In this document: positions 41,589-52,999 of the stretch, piece by piece
Position numbering within the stretch: the first letter of the stretch is position 1
How the letters are laid out: the number at the start of each line of letters is the position of its first letter
NCBI GenBank assembly: GCA_964016885.1
Contig: OZ024740.1
Location: 348,812,001 to 348,876,000, forward strand
Reading direction: 5' to 3'
Length of the DNA stretch: 64,000 nucleotides
Source: Eledone cirrhosa
Lineage: Eukaryota
Translations under genes and position numbers: made by a program
Notes under the pieces: generated by a model
Seen by the model: the letters and a program-made list of their open reading frames with translations, nothing else
Databases searched by the model: none
What the model was told of the DNA's origin: nothing

Positions 41589-42187
41589 TATATATACTGT
41601 ATATATATAAATATATAAAAATATGTATATATATACGGCACTAGACAGAATTAGTCCCTTCCTCATTCACTCTCATCTGGGAACAGGTTTGTATGGCGCT
41701 AATTTGTGATTTGAACTCGGAAATGTTATATTCTCCGAGCGAGGAGAACCTACTGACGAGAATCCCCTTCTCAATGGTGGTCCGCCTGGATTATCCGTCT
41801 AGATAAGCCGTTCTTAACTAGGTTATTTTCTTTTTCTTTAGCACTCATTTATCTTTTTCTTTAGCACTCATTTATCTCTTAAACTTGCATACCCCTTAAT
41901 GGACCCGCACCCAACTAGTATGAGGAATGGTACATTTTAGTGTGGTAAGTTCACCCTGCGTTCATAGAGATCAATTAACGTAGGAATTACTGATAACAAC
42001 AGTAGTATATATATGGGTCCCAAAAGGATTGCTCCCATAGCAGACTCATTGATTATTACTGTCTCGTGCTATGAGTGAAACCGACATTGATGCCATAACC
42101 GGCCTCATACAACTCACACCGGGCGGGGAGGGGGGGATTCGATATTGCGTTAATTGTCTCCCAAATAAATATATATATATTTTTTTA

Positions 42188-42408
42188 AATAAGACTCCAG
42201 TTACATTTTCGATTTCATCTTTTTTTTCTTTATACTTTCACTCGTGTAGGACACCTCGGTTATTTTTCATCTTGTAAAGTAAACCTCACTTTCTAATATA
42301 GTATATATATATATATATTAGAAAATGAAAAATAACCGAGGTGTCCTACACAAGTGAAAGTATAAAGAAAAAAAGATGAAATCTAAAATGCAACTGGAGT
42401 CTTATTTT
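42188..42408. repeat. Foldback (MITE-like) upstream of IL-17; also ~51732-51951 and ~61325-61544
   Basis: aataagactccagtt...ggttatttttcat is the inverse of atgaaaaataacc...aactggagtcttatt, around a TA core. Confidence 0.8.
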
Positions 42409-42706
42409 TAATGGGTAAATTTTATGTTGTCATTTTCAAACAATTATTCATAAGGATTTCTGTTGTCACTCAATTTTTATTTTTTATTCATAGTCTACGT
42501 TATTGAAGGAAAGAACAAATTGTATAATATATATTTATATTTCCTCTTATTTACGATGTTCTCAACGTTTACAAAAGAACAGTACGATTATATCTTATTC
42601 ACAACGTGAATCCAAACACAAAATTATATAGAATTAATGAATCTAGAAGAAATTATTTGTTGCATAATTTAAAATAACTATGTCTCCGTTTGTATCTAGA
42701 ATTGCT

Positions 42707-42745
42707 TATATAAAAAATACCACATATCTCCAGCACATCTCAATT
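42707..42745 (+). promoter_or_regulatory. Putative TATA box and Inr of IL-17 copy 1 (same in copies 2 and 3)
   Basis: TATATAAAA at 42707 and TCAATT ~30 nt downstream, ~120 nt before ATG 42826. Confidence 0.55.
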
Positions 42746-42928
42746 TTCCATACTTTCTTATATTTATATTTGTTTTCTCAAACATCCTTCAAACATCCGC
42801 AGGAGGAAATATTGTAGCAGAAGCTATGTTTTCTCAATAACATGATTAACATAGTTCCTATCAAATTGATATTTATACCGACAGTAATCTAGTTTTCTTA
42901 CATTGGATTAATATTTTCTTTCTTACAG

Positions 42929-43456
42929 AGTCTTATCCAGATTTTAATCCTGATGTTCAACTACATCTTCATCACGTCTTCGGCACCAATCCAGGGGCAA
43001 TGTGAAATACCCACTGATTTGAAAGTCCGTTACGAGAGTTTATCTAATGCAGCCATTGGCAACAATTTTTTTCTACCGGCTGAAATGGCTCCAGCAGAAA
43101 GTAATCATCCTATACTCACAGACGGAGATAAAACTTGTCCAACATCTGCTCTTTCCTCTGATATCATCAGTGAACGTTCAACTTGCCCTTGGTACCTGAA
43201 GATTACCCATAATTCAACAGTCTTCCCTCAATCACGTACAGAGGTAGTATGTCGTTGTACAGACTGTGTAGGCTCTGACAACAATCACCAATGTGTGGCA
43301 GTGTATACTAAAATGACAGTCCTCAATCGTACAGATAAATGTGTTGATGGACTGTATGTGTATAGTCCAAGTGTAATAGATGTGGCAACAGCCTGTGTTT
43401 GTGCACGGAAAGTTGATGTGACAACTGAGGGAAATGGAAACGATTATGTGTCGTAA
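42929..43456 (+). CDS. IL17: Interleukin-17-like cytokine, main coding exon (copy 1)
   Basis: ERSTCPW, FP..(R)TEVVCRC..C, C..VY..M.VL.R, VATACVC cystine-knot motifs; acceptor ttttctttcttacag at 42928 in frame with hydrophobic SLIQILILMFNYIFI. Confidence 0.9.
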   Translation, partial: SLIQILILMFNYIFITSSAPIQGQCEIPTDLKVRYESLSNAAIGNNFFLPAEMAPAESNHPILTDGDKTCPTSALSSDIISERSTCPWYLKITHNSTVFPQSRTEVVCRCTDCVGSDNNHQCVAVYTKMTVLNRTDKCVDGLYVYSPSVIDVATACVCARKVDVTTEGNGNDYVS

Positions 43457-44020
43457 AGCAATCAACTAATAACTTTTAAACTGCGATGTAACGCGAAGGT
43501 TTCTCATAATATTATGAATATTTGTTGGCCACCATGTGGTTATTATAATATTTTTATATCTTTTTACTTCGTTTATCAATATATATCACAAATATTTGTA
43601 TATTTAAGAAAATTAACATGTACTAGGAATACAGGAAGGTGTTTTTAATCAGTAATGATATATCCTTTTTATAGATAGCAATTGTGCCTTTGTAAATCAT
43701 AAATATATATGGTATTATATATATATATAATATTATTAAAGTTGAAATCATTTTATTACAAAGTATTTAAATTCACAAGCCAGAATTATTTATATTGAAA
43801 TATTATAAGCGTAAATAATGTTTTTTTTATTTACATATATATTTCCACATCAAATCAAATCATATATGGCTGTATAGTTTTATAATTATATTTTTAATCA
43901 CAAATAATCTGTAATAAATTTAAATTATTATTGTATATATGTCGTATAATGGACATGCTTATATTTTCTTTCGTTGTATGTATTTATATTTACATATCAT
44001 TTATTACATTTAAATAAAAA
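43457..44020 (+). promoter_or_regulatory. AU-rich putative 3' UTR with ATTTA motifs and AATAAA signals
   Basis: Several ATTTA, clustered at 43980-44012; AATAAA at ~43913 and 44013; background is AT-rich. Confidence 0.45.
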
Positions 44021-46898
44021 CATGAAAAACTTTGCAATTTGTAGTTTTGTGTTAAAAGTTTCCACTTTTATTTCATTGAATCTCATTTATATGACACTAA
44101 TTTCTTCATGTTTGAATTGATTTGGAAGACTTTCATGTTGCAGTCAATTCAAGTTGAACGTGTATATTCTATGTTGTAATTTAGTCATTTTACCAGATAC
44201 AAATTAATAAGTAACACGAGTAATTTATTTGTGTCATATACATATATAAACATATTAGACTTGTATATGAAAGCATATATTATGATTAGAAAAAATAAAT
44301 AAACGAGAGACTCGCTCTCAAATATAGAAATATTTTTTTCGTTTTTTTATATGAAGTTAATATGTCACAGATAACTCAGTAGATGTTGAGAATGCGAGAC
44401 AGCTGTTTCAGGATTCGTTAATCTCTCATCAATGACATCCATTGTACTGAGATGAAAATAGACGAGAGCCTTTATAGATTTTGCGTAGTGAGCATTTGGT
44501 GCAGTTGCACATTTACATATAGTAAATAGCACACATAGGCTGCAAATGCTTATTTGCATATCATTCTAAATAGGCTGGCAGTAATACTAACATAGCGTTA
44601 AGCATACTAGGGTTATGTATAAATGTATACATTATATATTTGTCTACAATAAACATACGCCAGTTCTGTAAATATGTAAATACTAACTATGATGAGGGCA
44701 CTGGTTACATCAACGAATATGTTTGACCTGTGTTATTCTCCGAGTAAGTACCATGAGAATTATCCAACAATATACTTCAAGCGTGTGACGATAGTTATCG
44801 TTATATGGATATGATATATTTAAAATGGATTTTCCATATATAAATATCGTTTGTGCCTTTCTTTCTTTGAAAACTGGCACCAGGTGCATTACTGATATGT
44901 TAACCCTTTTGCATTTAAAACAGCCAAAATTCACTCACCTTTATCTTTTCAAACCAGATGTAACTGGTCACTCATACTATTGTTGGTAACTAAAGCCGTT
45001 ACCATGAAAATATAATAATATATAGAGAGTCATGTAAATGCAGAGTAAAAATAGATTTTCGTTTCATTCTTCATAAAACGATCATTGAAATCCATCCATC
45101 TATTTGCTATTAATTCTGGATAGGCATGTTAGAAATGATCTTGAAAACAGAACTTTCACACGTGTTCTTCATATGTGTACAGGGCTATTTCAATTATCCA
45201 CCCTTATAATTATGATTTTGCTATCTCATTAGAAAATGCATGCTGATGTACTCGTTGAAACATTCTCCTTGGTACTCTCTTTCGTATAGATCGTCTGGCT
45301 TAATAGATATCTATGTACTTTTTAGCGTATAGATCTTTTAGGCATAATGTGATATAGATTACAGAGCGTTCTTACTTTCCATTTTTATTCAATATATTTT
45401 GGTTTTGTCTGTCTGTAATTCATGGTTTTCAAAAGCCATTGGAAATGCCTGCTGAAGGACATACCTTTATAAATCGTCCAGTCATTACTTTCGAGTAACC
45501 TGTCAACAAAGGCCATTTATCGTGGAATGGATGAAGGTCTCAGAGAGAAAGTGGGCTTCAGTTGAGGGTGATCTTAACTGTCCATATCTAAGGGTGATGC
45601 TGTCGGACATTAAAGTGTTCCTTTTACCCAAACAATCCAGTGCAAAATCATTGACGCCGGGATGAAATTTGGCGACAGGAAGGCTACCTATAAAACCCAA
45701 TAATAGTAACGGATCTAAACAACTCGATACCAGTCCTCTAGCCCGAAGAAGGTTTGCTGCTCTTTCACGAGATTGATGTAATCAAAATATTGTCTTAATA
45801 TTGCTTAGACACTTATAACCACACAGTCGGACGTGATAGCAACATCTTCGGCATTTCTAGCAATACGAATAGAGAAGTGTTTCAGACATAAGTGTTTCAG
45901 ATAGCTTCTGCACATCATTTACACTGAGAAGACAGAAATCACTCCATGCTACTGTGTAAAATCAGGAATTCACCAAGTATCTTACCACGAAAACCAGCAT
46001 TAAACCATCATTCAGAACACGGTTATTAGAAAGCAAAGACAATACTAACTAAATTCTGGTTCAATAGCACAACAAACTGCACATGTCACAACACCGAAAC
46101 CAATCTATGCATGTCGGCAAATAGAAATCAGTAGTGACGGTCGCTCTAAACATATTTTGAATTGTACCTTTACGACTGGCTGTAATAGTTGCTATAACTA
46201 GAGAATAATGATAAAGATGTTTAGTTATTATATATTATATTTTGACTTCAGGTTTTACACTTTTGATTTATTTCCTTCTTATCTAAATGTTTGTCATCAT
46301 TTTAAGTTGTGCTTTACATATACATTTAAGTTTCCTTATTAAACAAACAGTTACCGTTTGTCTTCTAAAACTATTGAAAGTGCCACTGCTGCTATATTCT
46401 GTAATTATATGTTAAGGATTCAGATCCCTTTTCAAAGATTTTTGATGTTCCGTCTAAACACTAGGACATCAATGTAATAAACTGCTCATCCATTTGATTA
46501 CAGTGAAGCTGTACATTATTACATATGTGGCCAGTGCATTGTTACCTACTGTGTTATATCAAGCACGTGTTTATTTTCTATCGTTGTCTGACTATGGTTT
46601 AAACAATAATCTGAAAACGTTATTTGTCAACTACTATTCCGAGATGAAGTTATTGAAGTTATTTGTATCTTCTAGAATAAACACTATTCTAATTTACTAA
46701 AAATAGAAATACTGCGGAATCAATGGAAACTAACAACCACAATCTGGTATGTATATATATATGTGTTTGTGTGTATGCGTGTATGTGGGGGGTGCGTCTA
46801 TGTGTGCGAGTGTGTGTGTATCCGGGTTTAATCGGGAGTTACCACTGTAAGTACGATACTCAACACAATAGAGTATATACTATATTTAATATAGAAAT

Positions 46899-46950
46899 GG
46901 TTTCTACAGTACTAGAACAGTTTCATTCTTATGAAGTCATCAGAAAAGCC
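46899..46950 (-). ncRNA. Degenerate hammerhead-like motif (also 56442-56493)
   Basis: Reverse complement TTTT-CTGATGA-CTTC ataa GAAT-GAAA-CTGTTCTAGTACTG-TA-GAAA; stem III is a palindrome with 2 mismatches. Confidence 0.45.
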
Positions 46951-47534
46951 CCGATGATTTATACATATATATAGATATACATATACACATATATATATAT
47001 ATATAGATAGATAGATAGCTAGATATGTGGGGGGTACAGGGGGGTGCGTGTGTATACGTGTGTGTGCGTGCTATTTGTCCTTAAATGTACCATGAAAAAT
47101 AATTATTTCCAACTCCTTGTTCCATCTCTATTATACAGTAATCAAGAAACAAACTAGAAATAATGAACCCCAGCATATTTATTCGTATGTCTCCAATTTA
47201 TCATCCATTCTATGTTGCCGTAAGAATGGAATATTCACCTAATGGTATCATCATATTAACAAAGAAGACTCGAATTAAAATATTTGATATAATTGAACGT
47301 TGTCAATTCATTTCCAGACTAAAAATATATATTTTCAGTTTACACCAATATGATAAAGACATGTGTTCTAGTGTTATTAGGAGGGATATTTAATCAATGC
47401 TTACACTGGGCACGAAATAAAATTCAAATTATATTTTTAATTTTTTGCAAGGCCAGCTCTAACTCGCTCGGTAGGCAAATGAGGCTATAATAATTTAAAT
47501 TTATTACATATGATTTGTAATATATATATATATA

Positions 47535-47865
47535 TATTAATAAAAGGAATTCCAACTTTGTCTGATTTACTCGTTTTATTTACAATCCTTTAAAATTTAT
47601 ATTGGTATTAGAATGATGACAGTCAAGTTGGCAATTTTCAACGTTGAAAATTGGAAACTTGACTGTCACCGCAGAATATGAACCTGAAGATTGCGAAAGC
47701 ATGAAATTACTTGTTCAATTAACACTTAACATTTAATATTCTACCATATTATTTCATTCTAATACCATTATAAATGTTAAAGGATTGTAAATAAAACGAG
47801 TAAATGAGACAAAGTTGGAATTCCTTTTATTAATATAATCTTCTATACACAATAATACACACGTG
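47535..47865 (+). mobile_element. Family B HHR element copy (HHR 47679-47717, stem III mutated); duplicate at ~57080-57410 (HHR 57222-57260)
   Basis: tgaacctgaagattgcgaaagcatgaaattacttgttca; inverted ends. Confidence 0.65.
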
Positions 47866-48075
<210 letters not shown>

Positions 48076-49032
48076 TGTATGTATATCAGGTCACCAGTTG
48101 GTGCTACTGGTAACATGTATCCCAGTACAACCTGTCTTATGGTCGGGTCGTTGGCGACTAAACTGGCAACCCCACCAAGGTTTCTTGGTGAGGACTGTGA
48201 CTTTTGGACATCCTGCAGGACTAAAAACAAAACCTGTCAAAGGGCAAAGATCTCTTAAGAGTCAATGGCCATCCAAAATCATCAGGAGAGATGATCCTTT
48301 AGCAGTCGTCAAGGCAGAATTCTAGGAGAAGGAAAACTCTGATATAACACCTCCAACCCTGATGGTATCCAATGATGTTGACTTGTTCTTCTTTTTGGTA
48401 AATATCATCTCGGTTAAGAGAGTGGGACTGGCTTTGTGCAGTGTCTTTGCTCACTATAAAAGCTTCACGGCACAGGCATTGCTTTATATCTGGAGATCTC
48501 TCTGCACTTGTCATCACATGGTACCATGGGCCCAGCACTATGTGTCAATAATTGTCACAATTGTAGTGTTTGTTACCAGAGTTTTCAGGTCGCTGGCTAG
48601 ACTAAAAAGTTACACTCGTTCAGCGCATTGGTAGGGGTTCTCCTACATGGATATTAAGTAGTGGCCGTACTCGAAAACGAGTTGGCAGCCACCTTGTATG
48701 TAAATATATGTATATATATAATGTTTTAACAGTATGCAGCCTAGTAGTTTTGCAGCATTTCGATATGTGATTTCTTGTAAGCTTATTAATATTATCTTTG
48801 ATGAAGACATTGTCTATTTCTACATCGTTCACTACGTCATATTGGCTTCTGGTCTTTAAGTATGATTTTAGAAAATTACTTTTTGTGATGTTCTTCATAA
48901 GCTCATGTATTTTGGGAAAATTTAGGAAGCTTAATTTACTTTCTTGCCTATGTATACTCTCTTTGAAAATGATCTGATCCGGCAGAAGATGTTCTACTGT
49001 GTCTTATTTAAAGGCATTATTTCAACAAGCGG

Positions 49033-49498
49033 GCGGTGGATTGGCAGTATCGGTAGAGGGTCGGACGCCATGCTTTCCAGAATAGTTACGTCCCTTTACG
49101 ATCTGAGTTAAAATACCGCCGAGGTTGACTTTGCCTTTCATCCTTACGGGGTCGATAAAATAAAGTACCAGTAAGGAACTGGGTAATTGCTGGCCTTTTG
49201 CCTAAAAGTAGAAACAATTATTTCAACTGCGGTGGATTGGCAGTATCAGTAGAGGGTCGGACGCCATGCTTTGACGCATAGAGTTACGCCCCTTTCCATT
49301 CTGAGTTCAAATCCCGTCGAAGTGAACTTTGCCTTTCATCCTTACGGGGTCGATAAAATAAAGTACCAGTAATGCACTGGGTAATTGCTGAACTTGTGCC
49401 AAAAGTAGAAACAATTATTTCAACTGCAAAGCACCAGTAATGCACTGGAATAATTGCTGGCCTTGTGCCAGGACAGGAAATAATTATTTCAACAGCTT
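49033..49498 (+). mobile_element. Tandem SINE dimer plus partial third 3' end (also 58574-59039)
   Basis: gcggtggattggcagtatc...ggggtcgataaaataaagtaccag twice, head to tail. Confidence 0.8.
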
Positions 49499-50088
49499 TC
49501 ATAATACGTTACCGATGTTTGTCCTTTCATTATACATTCTATCCACATATACTTACTATAGATGTAATTTCTCAATGCGGTGGGGAGATGGCTGGTCCTA
49601 ACGTATGCCTATAATCTTCTACATACACATCCTATCGAATCACGTTACAGCAAATACTTCCAAGAAAGCATATATCGCTAGCTTCTGTTCGTGATTATAT
49701 ACTTTCGGTCAACTTTCGTCTAAGGTAAAATTATGCGCAATTGATGGAGCTCGACACACAAATTGAAGGATGTCGAATTACTATTATTTATCGGAAGATA
49801 AATACTAAGGCATTCTTATAAAGACTTAAAAGCAACAAGAAGCTTTCTATCGACCCGATACTATTGTAGGAACTTCAACAAGAGATACCGTGGAAGGCGA
49901 TTTTATGCCTTTTTGAACAGAAGCAGAAAGCTTTTTGAAATATTCCCATGGATTCTCAAAGAGGTGCGACAGAGTAAATATTTGGTAGGCTCTACTACGT
50001 CCGCAGCAGAAAGCACACTGTCCGTCAGCCAGCTTCGACACAACATGGCTACAACTCTTTTCTCGACACGTAACCTCTAACATGACCC

Positions 50089-50278
50089 AGAAGAAGAAGA
50101 AGAAGAAGAAGAAGAAGAAGAAGAAGAAGAAGAAGAAGAAGAAGAAGAAGAAGAAGAAGAAGACGAAGAAGAAGAAGGAGGAGGAGGGGGGAAGAAGAAG
50201 AAGAAGAAGAAGAAGAAGAAGAAGAAGAAGAAGAAGAAGAAGAAGAAGAAGAAGAAGAAGAAGAAGAAGAAGAAGAAG
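50089..50278. repeat. (GAA)n tract, empty-site equivalent of the R4/Dong insertion (also 59630-59856)
   Basis: Flanks catgacccag and ttatttgtcaacagttattccg match 29248 and ~40751. Confidence 0.9.
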
Positions 50279-51015
50279 ATACATTTTATATTATTTGTCA
50301 ACAGTTATTCCGAAATGAAGATACTTTTTCTTTCAAGACGAAAACCTCTTCTAAAAAAACCCGTTTATTTTGCCAGGTCTTAGGTACGGTTGATTACAAT
50401 GAAGCAACATTTTTTGTTATATTTAAAAATAGAAAAAGTACATTTGACGAAAAATACTGTTAACGAAAATGTACTAATAATAGAATTATTGTTTAGAAAT
50501 AAATATGTTTTAAGCTACCTGTCTATAAATTAAATCTTTACCACTAAACACACCTTAAAAGAAATAGGATTGTGTGTCCTGGTAAAGTTAACTCCTCCCA
50601 TACAGGAACTATTAGTAGCTATATAGGTCATATAATATTTGTATAATTCTTACAACTGATACGATAACACTAGATTCATTCCCACACCAGATGTGTATTA
50701 GTTCCGTCCGAATGTCATCCATTCATAAATTCAAATGTGGAAGGTCATATTGAAATTACTTTTCCGGTTTCAAAAGTTATATATATGTGTAATCTTAAGA
50801 TCAAACATATTAATAAAAGGGTACTTCAGCTGAGCATCGAAAACACCCAGGTTGTATTTGAAAATATATCTTTCGATATCCAAGTTCGAGTTATCTTTCG
50901 ATATCCAAGTGGACAAGCAGTATAATGAACATTAAAGTAAGTAACTTTCGTTCAATAATAACATCATATATTTATGTAAGAATCTATGTTTGCAACCCTT
51001 TATATATATATAAGC

Positions 51016-51046
<31 letters not shown>

Positions 51047-51065
51047 CTGATTGGTCAAGATGAAG

Positions 51066-51143
<78 letters not shown>

Positions 51144-51454
51144 TATATATACTGTATATATATAAATATATAAAAATATGTATATATATACGGCACTAGA
51201 CAGAATTAGTCCCTTCCTCATTCACTCTCATCTGGGAACAGGTTTGTATGGCGCTAATTTGTGATTTGAACTCGGAAATGTTATATTCTCCGAGCGAGGA
51301 GAACCTACTGACGAGAATCCCCTTCTCAATGGTGGTCCGCCTGGATTATCCATTTATTTCGGGATTTAAAACCGCGCGGTAAGGGTACATATAGTAAGTA
51401 CGGCGAACTTTTTAAAATTTATTTTAAAACTTTTTCTCTATTTGATAAACCTTG

Positions 51455-51494
<40 letters not shown>

Positions 51495-52471
51495 CAGATG
51501 AAATCGAAAATGCAACTGGAGTCTTATTTAAAAAAATATATATATATTTATTTGGTTCCGTTACCGGTTTCGCAGTTCTTCTGCTTTTCAAATGTACAGT
51601 TGAGATGTAGGGTGTGTCGTTTTTCTCCCTGATGTGAGAATAACCACAGGCCATCTATCTCAACTCTACTGAAAAGCAGAAGAACTGCGAAACCGGTAAC
51701 GGAACCAAATAAATATATATATATTTTTTTAAATAAGACTCCAGTTACATTTTCGATTTCATCTTTTTTTCTTTATACTTTCACTCGTGTAGGACACCTC
51801 GGTTATTTTTCATCTTGTAAAGTAAACCTCACTTTCTAATATAGTATATATATATATATATTAGAAAATGAAAAATAACCGAGGTGTCCTACACAAGTGA
51901 AAGTATAAAGAAAAAAAGATGAAATCTAAAATGCAACTGGAGTCTTATTTTTAATGGGTAAATTTTATGTTGTCATTTTCAAACAATTATTCATAAGGAT
52001 TTCTGTTGTCACTCAATTTTTATTTTTTATTCATAGTCTACGTTATTGAAGGAAAGAACAAATTGTATAATATATATTTATATTTCCTCTTATTTACGAT
52101 GTTCTCAACGTTTACAAAAGAACAGTACGATTATATCTTATTCACAACGTGAATCCAAACACAAAATTATATAGAATTAATGAATCTAGAAGAAATTATT
52201 TGTTGCATAATTTAAAATAACTATGTCTCCGTTTGTATCTAGAATTGCTTATATAAAAAATACCACATATCTCCAGCACATCTCAATTTTCCATACTTTC
52301 TTATATTTATATTTGTTTTCTCAAACATCCTTCAAACATCCGCAGGAGGAAATATTGTAGCAGAAGCTATGTTTTCTCAATAACATGATTAACATAGTTC
52401 CTATCAAATTGATATTTATACCGACAGTAATCTAGTTTTCTTACATTGGATTAATATTTTCTTTCTTACAG

Positions 52472-52999
52472 AGTCTTATCCAGATTTTAATCCTGATGTT
52501 CAACTACATCTTCATCACGTCTTCGGCACCAATCCAGGGGCAATGTGAAATACCCACTGATTTGAAAGTCCGTTACGAGAGTTTATCTAATGCAGCCATT
52601 GGCAACAATTTTTTTCTACCGGCTGAAATGGCTCCAGCAGAAAGTAATCATCCTATACTCACAGACGGAGATAAAACTTGTCCAACATCTGCTCTTTCCT
52701 CTGATATCATCAGTGAACGTTCAACTTGCCCTTGGTACCTGAAGATTACCCATAATTCAACAGTCTTCCCTCAATCACGTACAGAGGTAGTATGTCGTTG
52801 TACAGACTGTGTAGGCTCTGACAACAATCACCAATGTGTGGCAGTGTATACTAAAATGACAGTCCTCAATCGTACAGATAAATGTGTTGATGGACTGTAT
52901 GTGTATAGTCCAAGTGTAATAGATGTGGCAACAGCCTGTGTTTGTGCACGGAAAGTTGATGTGACAACTGAGGGAAATGGAAACGATTATGTGTCGTAA
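52472..52999 (+). CDS. IL17: Interleukin-17-like cytokine, main coding exon (copy 2)
   Basis: Protein identical to copy 1. Confidence 0.9.
   Translation, partial: SLIQILILMFNYIFITSSAPIQGQCEIPTDLKVRYESLSNAAIGNNFFLPAEMAPAESNHPILTDGDKTCPTSALSSDIISERSTCPWYLKITHNSTVFPQSRTEVVCRCTDCVGSDNNHQCVAVYTKMTVLNRTDKCVDGLYVYSPSVIDVATACVCARKVDVTTEGNGNDYVS

Noticed and set aside
41725-41785. CTGACGA followed by a hairpin
   Set aside because: No correctly placed GAAA or cleavage triplet
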